DNA from: Phoronis australis
Taxonomy: Eukaryota; Animalia; Phoronida
Assembly: GCA_002633005.1 (NCBI GenBank)
Contig: NMRA01000061.1
Coordinates: 596,373-660,372 of the forward strand
Length of the DNA stretch: 64,000 bases
Reading direction: 5' to 3'
Made by a program: the position numbers and the translations under genes
Part shown: one piece after another, positions 36,833-49,121 of the stretch
How the letters are laid out: the number at the start of each line of letters is the position of its first letter
Position numbering within the stretch: position 1 is the stretch's first letter
The notes under the pieces: model-generated
Database searches by the model: none
The model's input: the letters and a program-made list of their open reading frames with translations, nothing else
What the model was told of the DNA's origin: nothing

Positions 36833-38222
36833 CTGCAATAAAGCAGAGAGTTGTGCTTCTCAAACAACTTTCAAATGAAATTTCCAGGAATATTGGACGT
36901 AAGAGTAAATAACATGAATATTTTAGATAACTAGGTACCATTTTAATTTGTAAAAAAGTGATTTGTCGAAATCCAACATTAGGCGTAGCAAAACCACTCC
37001 GTTTCCCCATGTCCTGCGAGGTTTCCTTTGATCTCACGCACATGTACCGAGTTTCCTGGGGTGGGTGACCCCAGTGCTAGTGAGGGGTTAGCATGCTGAG
37101 GGTGTTTGAGTTTGTTGACTCGGATTCGCACACAGATATACCTGACTGAACTGAAATGTAGTTTCTTTTGCTTTTCCGTGTTTATATGTTTGTGCAAGTT
37201 TGTCTAAGTTACGGAAAACATTCAAATTTCATTTTTTGAATCACAAAAATTGGCTCAATATTTTTACGGTTGCAAAACAGATGGTCTGATAAGGGCCATT
37301 GCTAACATAATTGATATAGCTTGAGCGCATCATTAGTAGATAATCTTGCGTAACCGAACTGCCGAGACAACCGTTTCCTACATATCTGAGATTCAACATT
37401 TTGCCTCGCTTTGCTTCGAAGCTATTTTTGGTTGTATTTCACTCAGCGAAATTTTACAATCCCAGCAACAGTCTCAAAAATGTTCCCCTCACTACCTGTG
37501 CCTGATCGAAGAACTGACGAATGACTTGCAGAATTCGGGCAATGAAGACGGTGATTTTGTAATGTCACGATAACACTCGGTAAGGTCAGGACGAACAGCT
37601 CCGCTATATATCAAATATGTACGTCGATAAGAGACAAGGTTACATTTTGATTATGTCACTCTGGCACTAATTTTATACCTGGCTGAGACAGTGGCCAGGG
37701 TCCCCTCCCCCTATCCGGTCCCGACCAAAAAAACGCTTACACCAGCGACGTGAACATTAAAATTTCCTCCGAAAATTGTGATTGGTCCCTGCCAGTGATA
37801 TATTTCAGTATCGGTGCAAATGTTAGAATGAGTGCGCATTCTTCTCATTCTGGTCAATGAACGTTACCTAATGGCCCCAACCCAAACGCCCTGTCAGGAA
37901 AGCGTTCTAGAGCAATACATGATTTCAATAGTTCGATTTGTACAGGCAGCCTAGACACGTAACCCGTTTGTATAAATAATATAAGTATTTACAGAGTGAG
38001 CCCGACTAAAGCCGTGTGCCAGTTTCTCCTAACTAGAGCCTGTGTCATAAGAGGTCAGCAGTAGCGGATCTACGTTTTCAGTAAGGGGCGATTTTGCACT
38101 ACTCACAAGGTACTTAGGTTCAAGTCACCATGGTCCTTTCGCCGGTCACTGGGTGCCTGACGTTTGTCATGTTATGTAGAATCGCCTATATATGTCTGTG
38201 ACTGAGGTCTCGCGACACTTAC

Positions 38223-38357
38223 CTTACCAGGGACCCCGCGATGATCCACGCTTCCTTGCCAAAAACGTCGATGGAACCCCTTTACATATCCCTCAACTTT
38301 TCGCTTGTAAGGAAAATCCACCTTCCATATAAGTGACCCGTATCCAAAGATCCACAT
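38223..38357 (-). CDS. CHAC2: CHAC2-like exon 1
   Basis: [17 protein letters not shown]...[16 protein letters not shown]|gtaagt; the short N-terminus is CHAC2-like; total protein 187 aa. Confidence 0.93.
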
Positions 38358-38375
38358 AGTCACAACCGATGATGT

Positions 38376-38527
38376 CGATACAGCGACCCTGATAACTTAC
38401 ATCGGTTCTCATAACAATGCACTTGGTTCCAATATCCGTAGCTGGCTAATCCGATACAGAGGTCCTGATAACTTATATCGGTTCTCATAGCAATGCACTT
38501 GGTTCCAATCCGTAGCTGGCTAATCCG
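38376..38527. repeat. ~76-bp tandem duplication immediately upstream of the ChaC start codon
   Basis: cgatacag...ctgataactta.atcggttctcata.caatgcacttggttccaat...ccgtagctggctaatccg occurs twice. Confidence 0.9.
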
Positions 38528-38597
38528 CCCATTGCTATTCTGAAGCGAGAAAAGAAAAGACAGCTTGCTTGTCTTTGCTCGCCAGTGAATCACGTTT

Positions 38598-38660
38598 CAC
38601 GTGGTCCTAAGTCAACGTATCGATTTTCCCGAAGCAAGCGCTGCCCGCAGTTTGACGTCA
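38598..38660. promoter_or_regulatory. Candidate ChaC proximal promoter elements: E-box CACGTG and full CRE/ATF palindrome TGACGTCA
   Basis: CACGTG at 38598-38603 and TGACGTCA at 38653-38660, 240-300 bp upstream of the ATG. Confidence 0.4.
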
Positions 38661-41600
38661 GAGCGTTGTTGAACGCACAAATTGAATGGTCAGACATTGT
38701 ACATTTGAATAAATGAATAAATTTCATATATAAGTTTAATGAAGTGCAGAAAAAATTCGATATGTGTACTTCAATTTATAGCACTTTCACTATATGTTTA
38801 TGCGTGATCTAGTAACGTTAGCAATGTTAGGTTTGATGGCAAAGTCATGCTAGAAGCAGGCAGCGATGCTAAGGTAACTTAGGGGATCCCAAGTTCAAAT
38901 ATGCACCGTTGCCACGGTGAACATGCAGTTTGCCAATCGAAATCAGAATTTTTAAGTTTGATGGACAAAACATGTCAGAAGAAGAAAGCTATGTTCAAAG
39001 CACTTTCAGTGATACGACTAACTAAAAAAATTTAAGGAGTTGTCAAGCTTAAAATGTGTACCATTGTCAAGGTAACCGGGTATTTTGGAATTTGAACCAT
39101 ACACCTAGCTGCGAAAGCCAATTATTGACGATGTATATTTTGAAGAAGTTAAAACTAAATATATATATATAAAAAGTAGAACAATTGTGATAATCTAAAA
39201 TGGTAGCTAAGACAACTCATGCACATAAACACGGGCATAGTCTTTTTAACAACATAAAACCGGAGTACAGCTAATGCAATAGATATGCGTAAATGCCAAA
39301 ACCAGTAGTTCAATTTGGAAAAACCCAATGGTTCCTATGGCAACTAAACCAACGAAACCTGTAAAATGCTTCTTTAAAACTGCATGAAACACACACTATT
39401 ACATGAAGCAAATACTCGTGGCTTTATCAAAGGTGTGTCAAAATTACCACCAGTACCAGCAGCGTAATTTCGAAAATCCAATAAAAAGTTGCCATGTCTG
39501 CGGATATGCCGTCATCACCAGCGTTCAATGTAAGCGGGTCTGTGACATCACTGCAGAGCGTTCACGATGTTTTGTGAACAGACGCATCGTTTTCATCATG
39601 AACAAGTTGTTTTTAATATAGTATGAAAATAAGTTCGCCACTTGTTCATGTGTGTTATAATCCTACCATAATATTCTGGTTTGTCTTATTGGACGTGCAA
39701 TTTAGGCAGCAATAATATCAGTCAGTCATGTTTACAAAAGACCTGTTCAACAGAAACGTAGTCAAACATTTAATAAATAGCCAAATAGTACAAAACTTCA
39801 TTTTGTTGCCAGTCAGTCATGATTTCCATGTTTTTAAATATAAGTGGAAATAGCTCTGTTGCACAAGTTCAAGATGGCTAGAATTTTTTGAGAAAAAAAT
39901 AACACTTTGGTATGAACAGGCTTTTTTCCATTTTCCCAAATTATTTTTGCCTATTGCTGTTTCCAAACCACATTGTATTCTATTGTTCTCAAACATTTGC
40001 TATCTAATTTGCACTTTATTTACGAATTTTGAAATTATAAATTAATAGTATGTATAATGATATTGAATTTTTCGGGATTTGGTAAATACGCTTGCCTGGA
40101 GCATAATTTCACTTTCAGGTCAGTAAAGAGATGGTCGCACGTGCCTTTAGGGCAAGCGCAGACGAAGAGCAATGTGCTACGAAAGTAAATTAGCTCAGCT
40201 CATACCTCATGTCTGCGGAGGATTTCAGTTTGTCGCGAGGTCGTAATGCGCAATGTCTCACCTGGTGGTTTTCTTTTACCTGCCGTGACTGACCTCACAA
40301 CGTGCGAGTGGCGTGAGTTAAGTGCTCAACCCGCACGATTAAGTTGGGTATCAAAAGAAAACTAATTATTGCATCACCTGACAAAAGCAGATCTGTCGAT
40401 GACATTTGAGTTGCGCTCACTGGAATATTGCGTGGACTATGTAAAACATCATGGCCCAGAAGAATATAGGAATGTTGTTAGAACTGCATTCTACGTAGTT
40501 GTGTATTGACGATGCAAGGTGAAATATTCAAATACATTGCTTTCCAACACCCTCCACATTTGAATTCAGTGAAAAAGTGACCGTGACTTCCAAAACACAG
40601 ACCCGTAGCCCGCGTAGCTGTGCACTCCGAACACTGGCAAAACAAACCAATTTAGTATTACTGCTGTGTTCAGTGGGCTGAAACTCCGACGGAGGACAGT
40701 TGGATAACCTTGACAATATCCTTGGATACGTGAGGATAATTTCGATTTTCCACATGGCCTGTGAAAATATGCTTGACATTCCAAAACAAGGCCAATGAGG
40801 ACAATGCGCTTTCTTGCCTCTGAGACAAAGGATAGTTTTGTCGCAGCCTGGACGTGCGTCAGTAACGCTAGGGACTCTGCTAGGGCCTAGCTAAAATCCA
40901 GCTAAAGTCACGTTTCTCACGTAATCCTGTGAAGTCTTGCATTTTAGCGAGGTCCTAATGTTGCTCAACTGTACCAGGACTTCGTGCAACCGGTTGACAG
41001 CAAGGCAATCCCTTTAGTGATCGGCTTGGTTCTATTAATCGAAGGTTTAACGCAAAGGCAGTCGAAAATAATCAGCAGGCCGAAATAGTGCAATGAAGAA
41101 TGACCATGGACAATACTCCAAAGACTACAAACGCGAACTGTCTTCTACGTTCAAAAGTTAAATCTCCTTTAAAAAGTGGTCATAAGCCTGTCTCCCATTA
41201 CAGAAAAAAAATAATATCTTTATTCAGACTAGGTACCGCTACGAAATTGATCTCTTATTGTCAAGTTGAAGGTGGCTTCAAAGGAACCGACAATTTGCTA
41301 CTGCTTGAGATCATGCTCTTCGAGTCGAGTTGGTACGTCTAGTCCTGGCGTGTCATTAGATGCGTTCAGTATGATCTTCAGTGGTTAATAACGATCTGCC
41401 AGTTCCTGGTCAGAAATCACTTGTCACATGTGTAAGGAGCAAGTTCACTGAGGCCAATTTTACAGCGGTAAGTGACCTAAATCAAAACTTATCTTTCTGG
41501 ACAGAAAGCGTGGCTTTTGAAAATAACCATTGACTAGAATGTTTTCGTCACAATAAAATTCCAGCAACGATGGGTTTTATTGTCTGGCTCTTATGTACAA

Positions 41601-43422
41601 CGCGTGCAACAAAACCGTGCTGCACACCAATTTTGCCTCGAAACTCATTTGTGTCGAAGAAAACTTACATGGAATTACTTAAACCTCGAATCGTTGGTAA
41701 AATTAAGGGAGCAAGCTAAGACTTCCCTTCACAATGAATCACCGTAGTTTATCTGTGATTCTCACTTCAGTAGGCCTACATGCGTTCATTTTTGGAAGCG
41801 CCTTCAGTTAAATAAAGAAAAATTTGCTTAATGCTTTTTGGAACGTGCAAAAGGAGTACAGAAAATATTTTCAGTAACCTTTGTCAAAATGAAAAATTGC
41901 CAAATAAATCCATAAAAATAGTAAGAAGTGGAGAGAAACCACATCTGTAAAATTTGTAAGACAGAAAATGTCCATCAAGTAAATCTTAGATATAAGTTAT
42001 ATCTTTTTGTATATACTATGATTGTTGTCTCACTTACATGTGGCTAGTCAAAGTATGTATGGTGGTCTGAGGACAAGACTATATTAAATTGGCTGTACTG
42101 AAAATCTTCATTTTTCTCAATGTCCAACTTTGGGCAAAGTCAACCAAACACGTCACATCAAAATCAATTTGTCTCTCTGAACACGGCGTAAAAGGGGCCG
42201 CCAAATTGTAAAACATTATGACCTGACTCAACGCGTGACGATAGGAGATCTACCGTAGTTACAGTCCCGTTTGAGTAACTCACTGCACTTTGCCGGAGTG
42301 CATAAGTGAGTTGCTACTCTGAATGGTAATTTGCCTGTCACTGAGAAGCTTTTGAGCCCGCGTTTGTGTCACGAATTGCTTCGAGTTTGAGGCGGGATTT
42401 TGAACGTCATTCGTGTCACGTCGTTTGAGACTTCAGCAAGTTTTCCGGTTCAGTGCTCCGACCAATGAGATAAATATTAGAGTTGACATCACGTGGTTTT
42501 CGTTGTGCGAAGCAATGAGATAAATATAAATGTGTGAATGGCTAGATTCTCATGTGGCTATTAAAAGTATCGAGGTATTTTTAAACTATTATAAAGTATA
42601 TGCGCTGCAATTCGTAAACTGGCAAGAGATCCCAGGGCAGCTATTCACGGTCAAATAATTGGGAAATTATTTTTTTCTCGGCCTTATAATGACCGTTTAA
42701 GCAACACAAGGGTCACGTATTTACGTTGCTTTATGTTACCAACATTTTAAAACCTCGTTAGTATTCAAAATTTTACATTTTATTCTGAAAATTGCCCAGC
42801 TTCCATAAGGCCACCGTGCTTTTGTTTACAAATCCTCCATCATCAATATGGCGGACCGCGTGTCACGCGCTGTCTGCCGGGTTTGCGAGTATAGTCGTGT
42901 CATCTCTATGTACATAGCTCATTGGCTCCGACTTTGCCTGTGTTACTCTTGATGTTGCGAGTGCCACGTGCGCATTGTAACATATAGAACATAAAACTAT
43001 TAAACCAGTAAAACTCGACGTGTCTGTTTTGAGAACAAGACAAGCATCTTTGAAGACGTGGCAACCACTTCCCAATAGTACAGTTGAAACAGCAATTCTT
43101 CCCAAAACATTTTAGGTCAGGCCCGTAGGAAGGTAAAAATTATTGGGGGGCACCGACCCTGGTCGATACGTAACTTCTAATTTCGAAACCACTGCGTTGC
43201 ACTGGGGTGTATATATCAACGCTGTAAAATGAACTACTGCAACCACTAGGTACGTTTTGAATTATATGAAAAAATATGTCTACTAATAATAAGGTGTGTA
43301 ACAGATGCTGTACTTTTAGAGTTAATTTTTTGTTAAGATTGACTGGAAATGTTTTGAGCAACATACATGCCGCTCATACGATTACTCTTGCTGAACAGTA
43401 AGAATGAAGGTGTGAAATAATT

Positions 43423-43655
43423 ATGTTTTTATTTACTCTTCAACATAAATCAGTGGACATTGCCCTGCTGCACACAGGAACTCGGGCTGCAGCTAAGTCT
43501 AACGTGGTAAAAACCCCGAGTTGTGCCTTTCGCATTTAAATGTTTTTATTTACTCTTCAACATAAATCAGTGGACGTTGCCCTGCTGCACACAGGAACTC
43601 GGGCTGCAGCTAGGTCTAACGTGGTAAAAACCCCGAGTTGTGCCTTTCGCATTTC
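43423..43655. repeat. 117-bp-period tandem duplication at the hAT ORF end
   Basis: atgtttttatttactc...gcctttcgcattt occurs at 43423 and 43540. Confidence 0.9.
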
Positions 43656-44140
43656 ACTTCCTCGTACAAAATCGTTTGCCACATCCACCAAATTTAGCTT
43701 ATCGCACGTCTTTGTGAACATGGAGCAACATTAAATGGTTCAACCTCCCCTGTCCCATTGTAGAACGTAAATATGACTTAACACGCCTAAGAGCACTAAA
43801 TGCTCGTTCGCTGCTGGCATTTGTTGCAGGCATCACTAACAGCAAGTTTGCTAGTTTAATTACATTTTCGATCTAGTGTTTTTGACCGGCTGATAATTTC
43901 TGGAAATGATCCACAACACGAGACAATGTTACCTCTTGACTACCATCCTGTGCATAATTGGCCCCAAACGTAGCCAGGTGACAGCGCAGTGTTGATTCAA
44001 AATCATCTTCATAAAAACTGATAACATCTTGGTATTCATTTTCAAAGTTTTCCCCTTTTGCCGCCTTGAGTATCAGCTCCTCACACTGCATATAAATTTT
44101 GTTATCTTCTTGATCAAGCCTGTCCCGTATTGATGCAATG

Positions 44141-44251
44141 ATATTGTCAAGAGCTTCAAAATAAATTCTTCTATAATAATCTTCTGGACTCGAAGTATAT
44201 TGTCAAGAGCTTCAAAATAAATTCTTCTATAATAATCTTCTGGACTTGAAG
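44141..44251. repeat. 56-bp-period tandem duplication that frameshifts the hAT transposase
   Basis: atattgtcaagagcttcaaaataaattcttctataataatcttctggact occurs at 44141 and 44197. Confidence 0.9.
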
Positions 44252-45049
44252 AAAACTCCGGAGGTGCATTTCCTGTTTCGTATCTAGCGGGTTTTCTATT
44301 GCGTCTAGGGAGACCAGGATCTTTGACGTGATGATCCTTTGCACAAGCTAGGACTTCATCCCAGAAGTTTTTAAATTCTCTGTCGTTTCTCATCCGTTCT
44401 AATGTAGTAAGGGTCATTTTGGCAATCTTTTGAGCCTCAGCTGCGGACATCTGAACGCTTTCTAAAGTTGTACTCAGATTGTCAGCATGCAGCAACAGGC
44501 GCTCTGAAAGTACTAAACCGTAAAAGAAACTAAACTGCGTCATGTGAGACTGAATTCCACGTATCCGCGCTTTCAGTTCTGAATCATTGCAATTTTGGAC
44601 TCCCCAGGACCAGAGTTCCTGTAAACAATCATAGTTACCTATCACACGATTCAGAGTGTCAGCCTTCACGGTCCATCTCGTTGGACACAGTTGCCGAATA
44701 TTACCCACTTCTCTGTCGTCAAGCAACGCATCTCGTATTTTATTCAACTGTGCGTCACGTTTGGGAGATGTTTTTATCAGTTTGGTAATTTCGTACGTGG
44801 TGTCTAAAGCATCTGCCATCAGCTTGCATCGTTTGATACTATCTGTATAGAAACAAAAAAATTGAGAAAACGAAACACGAGTCCACTAAAAAGCTGTAAT
44901 TCAGGAATGCACTGTGCACAGCTCTGAACACACCACGTTGTTTTAGTAAAAGGTCAACATGCCCAAATTTTTGAGCACCCCCATATTTTAGGATTGGTAT
45001 GTGGATAAGGCAAGTGAACCTTGCAAATTATTGACCTGTAGTGATATGA

Positions 45050-45620
45050 CAGGGCTCAACACTAACGGTTGCCGATTGCCCGTGTACATGTAGATTTCGG
45101 GCAAGTGGAATTTGAAAAGTACTTGCCCGGTGGGCAAGTTAAAAAGCTAGCTGCATAGGCAAGTAGATCCTAAGATTGTCTGCTCGACATTTGCTCCAAA
45201 GTAACGAACCCCTATAAAAACCATCGAAAAAGCCCCTGTGGTCGTCAAAGAAAATCCCGTCTTCGAATGAGCACCGAAAGGAAAATAGAGCGAGTGTGAT
45301 GCAGCGTGCACAGATGACGCTCGCGGTCAAATCCTTTCGATTCTCTGAACGTGCCCTGTAGTTTCTGAATAAGTTGTCACGTGATACTAATGATCGTCTG
45401 GACTCTGGCAAAACGTCTAAACATGGAAGCATTGGTTTAGTTGCTAAAAAACGAGTTCAGAAAGAATCAAAGCAATAATATGAAACAAAAAGAGTGCGGG
45501 GATGGGTTCCGTCATGAGAAATTAGGTTTTCTCGCCTGCGAGACAGTGAACACGGGATGACGTTTGATTTTTGCCGGCGTTTACCCATGCTGGAAGCACC
45601 GCGTTCGTCAGCGGATGTAA
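45050..45620 (+). mobile_element. Left end of a hAT-like element
   Basis: cagggctcaacactaac terminus with gggcaag/cttgccc subterminal repeats; decayed YETKRVRGW...W...FC zinc-finger-like start at ~45480. Confidence 0.45.
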
Positions 45621-46368
45621 GTCATATAGATAAGCGCAAAAGCTAAAAAGTGAATGATTGACGACATATTTTCTACACTACACAGCAGTTTAAAAGGCCT
45701 GGTATTTATTCAGGGGGAATTCCAAAAGACATTCTTATGAATTCCCGGCTCCCGGTGGCGATTCCCGAAAGAAGAGGAATACGGTCTTAGGGATTGCCGC
45801 TCTGAAGTCTGAAGGGTGACTTTTTCGCGGTCTATCTATTTTTCAAAAATGTAATTATTTACTGTAAATAAAAGTATATGTGGCATCATTATATGTTAAA
45901 ATTTGGTTTTAATTTAATACAAGGTACCGATGACCAAAACTATGCAAGATTTTTACGGATAGCAAAAATTGAAATTCAGGTTAGCAACAACTCAAGTTTA
46001 AGGCATGAGGGCGTATAAACTAATGAATACACAGAAGAGTCTAGAGTTCGTCCTAGCTCATTTCGGCGCCTGTGAACATGTGGCAATGGTTCAGATACCA
46101 TAGTTACTCTTCTAATTTGGGAGACGATTACACTTTGCCTTGGTAGTCCCCCCCTTGCATTGATCACACTGCCATAACCTCAGAAGACAGAAATATAATA
46201 GAGTAATAGCCTTATGTGAACGTTATGTCTTCCCCTGAAGTATATTACGCGTTAGAAGTTTAGATAATTCACACACAGAATGAGTCCATGTCGGTGTGTG
46301 ACAGCGTGACTCGTGAGTGGCTGACAATAACAACTGAACTTCTGAAGTCTGAACTTAAGACGTTCGTT

Positions 46369-47852
46369 CATGCTATGAACATTCCCACTAAATAAAATTG
46401 GTTCTAACCCCGGTGTTTAAGGTAAACGGCGGGGTATGGAAAATTGAACTCGACCGTATTTATCCACCTTGGCTGAGACGCGCTCGGCTCTTGCTCAAAG
46501 GGATGCCGCCAAGCTGCTCTATTCATCGAGTCACGAGCGAGGATAATTGACTTCGCTCATGCGGATATGATCAGCTGATTACAGGCTAGCCTAACAACTG
46601 TACTTTTTATGGAGAGAATTTTACGTAGTTTTTACTGTAGTATTTGAAAAGAGGAGCGAAAACAAAAACGAATACAACTTTGAATTTTCCAAATCGGCCC
46701 AGGATAAGAGATTTTGCAACACAGAAACACTCACGATTACTTTCATTCGGCGCGCACGAATACAAAAATATAGGACCCAAGTTAGGATTGTATAAATGTA
46801 GTACTACTCCGTGTGTTGTTTAGGTTTTGGAAAAAATGCATTTTAATACTCAAAATACGTTTTGTATAGCTATTACAAGCTCTAAAACGACTTTGTGTAA
46901 TTTCATTGAGATCGTTCTTTGTCATCCGTCAAACCGGAAACTTCCGACATTTGACTCTGCGAGCGCACTCACCTTGCACGTTACAGCCGTTTAAGTGAAA
47001 AACAATCTAGTAAACGCCATTTTCTTGCATAATCCCCTGCCTTTTGTAACAAAAAAGTCTATCGTCGATGACCCGCACACGCACGCTCACTCACTCTCAT
47101 ACGCAGACGACCTTCAAAACAAACGTTACGTGACAACAACATGTGCGTTCATCCAGAGATTTTTCTCGTGTTGTGGAGTACGATGTAGCGCACATTTGGA
47201 CTTAATCGCAATTAATCTGGACTCCACATGAACTTTAAAAATTGCAAAACATCAGGAAGATTTCAGGTAATTTGTTGAGTCGAATCTATCTTTTTATTCA
47301 AGAGTACAAGTTTTCCTATTGACGATCGCGATTCAGCGACGCATCAGTCGGCAAGTTTTTGCCCTGTGATGAGCACAATTTTTTGAAAAATTATCGTAAT
47401 TTAACAACGGAAGTTGATAGCAATGCACCACAATTTTGTAGAAAGGCTGTCATAGGCTACAAATACGTCACAGAGCGTAAATTTGATGAATCCTAACTTC
47501 CGATTTTATCCGTTTGGGAAACCGGGTTTCAACTGCCGTAGGCTCACTACAATAAGCGTCCCCTCCCCGTGAAATGAATTTTTCTAAGCGTTTGTTTGAG
47601 CCAATACAGTATACAGCTTTCCACCAAGGCTAGGTGATGCAAGACATTATTATTTGTTGCATTATAGTAACTGGTCTTGGCTAATTATCATTTTATGGCC
47701 TGGTCATCCCTTCAGCCAAAAGTAGTTCCAGAGGTGGAGAATCAGCCAATTATTCACGTATGCTGACTCACAATAGAAGCCTGATAAGAGTGAAGGTGCA
47801 TAAATGCGGTGTTCTTACAGTTTCTTGTTTTAGTGGATGTGTTCACGACATG
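46369..47852 (+). mobile_element. ~1.5-kb non-autonomous DNA transposon with CATG termini (EnSpm/CMC-like, tentative), complete copy
   Basis: Imperfect TIR catgctatgaacattcccactaaa vs catgtcgtgaacacatccactaaa (RC of the right end); further copies within the window. Confidence 0.7.
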
Positions 47853-48214
47853 GTGTTATCTAGATTTTGAGCATTACCTAAACATTTTCTCGGTGATCTT
47901 AAAATCAATTTGGCACGTAAAACTGGCGGTAAAATTTTGCGACCTGGCATTTATGAATGGGTCCTGGATTTTTGTAAATGCGACCTGGGATTTTGGCTGA
48001 GTTGCAGAATGCGACCTGGCAATTTTCATAACATCGAGCCCTGCAGGAACATGATAAAATGAACTTGGATTTTGACATTAGTCTTCATATAGCTATCTGG
48101 GTGCCTTAGGTACCACTGTGTATCTCTGTTAGACCCCGAATTTTCACACAGCTCCGGTAGTTCTGGTTGTCATCTCGTGAAAAAAGTTATTAACATGTAG
48201 AGGGTAGGACTATT

Positions 48215-49121
48215 ATGTTGTACTACTCCGTGGTGCAACTAATGACCGTCGGCCTGTGCATGTAAAATCTAGGAAATAGCCGACACTCACCTTGCCCTTT
48301 GCAGCCGTTAAAGTAAAAAAAATCTAATAAACATCATTTTGTTGCATAATTCTTTGTCTTTTTGTAACAAAGAAATGTCCGTCATCGTTTCGCTTGTGAC
48401 ACGCGCACGCGCCATTTATTAATTTGCGACATCTCTCAGGATATGATTACAGCTTCGCAGCAGCAAATTTTGTTCTAAAATTCAGTTTCCTGGTAATAAA
48501 ATACTGAGAACTTGTAACGAAATAACACCGGTTCCGACAATTTGTTGTGACATGTACTCCAACACTGCGGTAAGTAATTAAGTTCACTCCAGTAGGAGTG
48601 TTGTTTTAGTGACTAATTTTTTGTAACATTTTTGGTTATTTTTACCTGCATCGCTGTAAAAGCTGTATACTTAGTAGAACTTTGCACCAAGGCCTGGTGA
48701 TGCTGAGAGATATTTTTTGATGCTCATACAGATTGTTGCTAAATTTTGCTTGTTTTCATAACCTATTAGGATAGTGGAAATAACAATGTTGCAATTTGAA
48801 CTTTAATGTTTGCTTAATTCAGAAAATCGGAGTTCAGTATACCTTGACTTTTTGAAATGCTTAAGGTCAAAGACTTGCTGATGCCAACCCTCTCAAAATT
48901 GCCCTGAAGGTATTAACTCTATTATACAGCTTTATTTACCTGGTCTTGGCTAATTATCAATTGATGGCCTGGTCATCCATTCAGCCAAAGTTAGGTCAAT
49001 AGGTTGCTCATCAGCCAATTATACATCCATGCTGACTCACAATAGAAGCTTGATAAGAGTGGAGGTGGATACATACAGTGTTCCTATAGTTTCTTGTTGT
49101 AGTGGATTTGTTCAGGGCATG
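48215..49121 (+). mobile_element. Diverged partial relative of the CATG-ended element
   Basis: Shares tactactccgtg, cactcaccttgc and the ~180-bp right end (ggtcttggctaattatca...gttcagggcatg). Confidence 0.65.

Larger units (their letters stand above)
43118..44845 (-). mobile_element. hAT transposon 3' half (ZMYM1-like transposase), pseudogenised
   Basis: KLIKTSPKR, LCPTRWT, YYRRIYFEALD, LVMPATNASSERAFSALRRVKSYLRSTMGQGRLNHLMLL (hAT dimerisation domain); probable terminus caggcccgtagg at 43118. Confidence 0.9.

Noticed and set aside
39400-42900. Divergent host gene or SINE upstream of ChaC
   Set aside because: Only isolated splice-like motifs and short ORFs; no recognisable protein or A/B-box pair
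45050-48043. One hAT element bounded by cagggctc...gagccctg
   Set aside because: No 8-bp TSD (tgatatga vs caggaaca) and the subterminal repeats differ; more likely ends of two different elements
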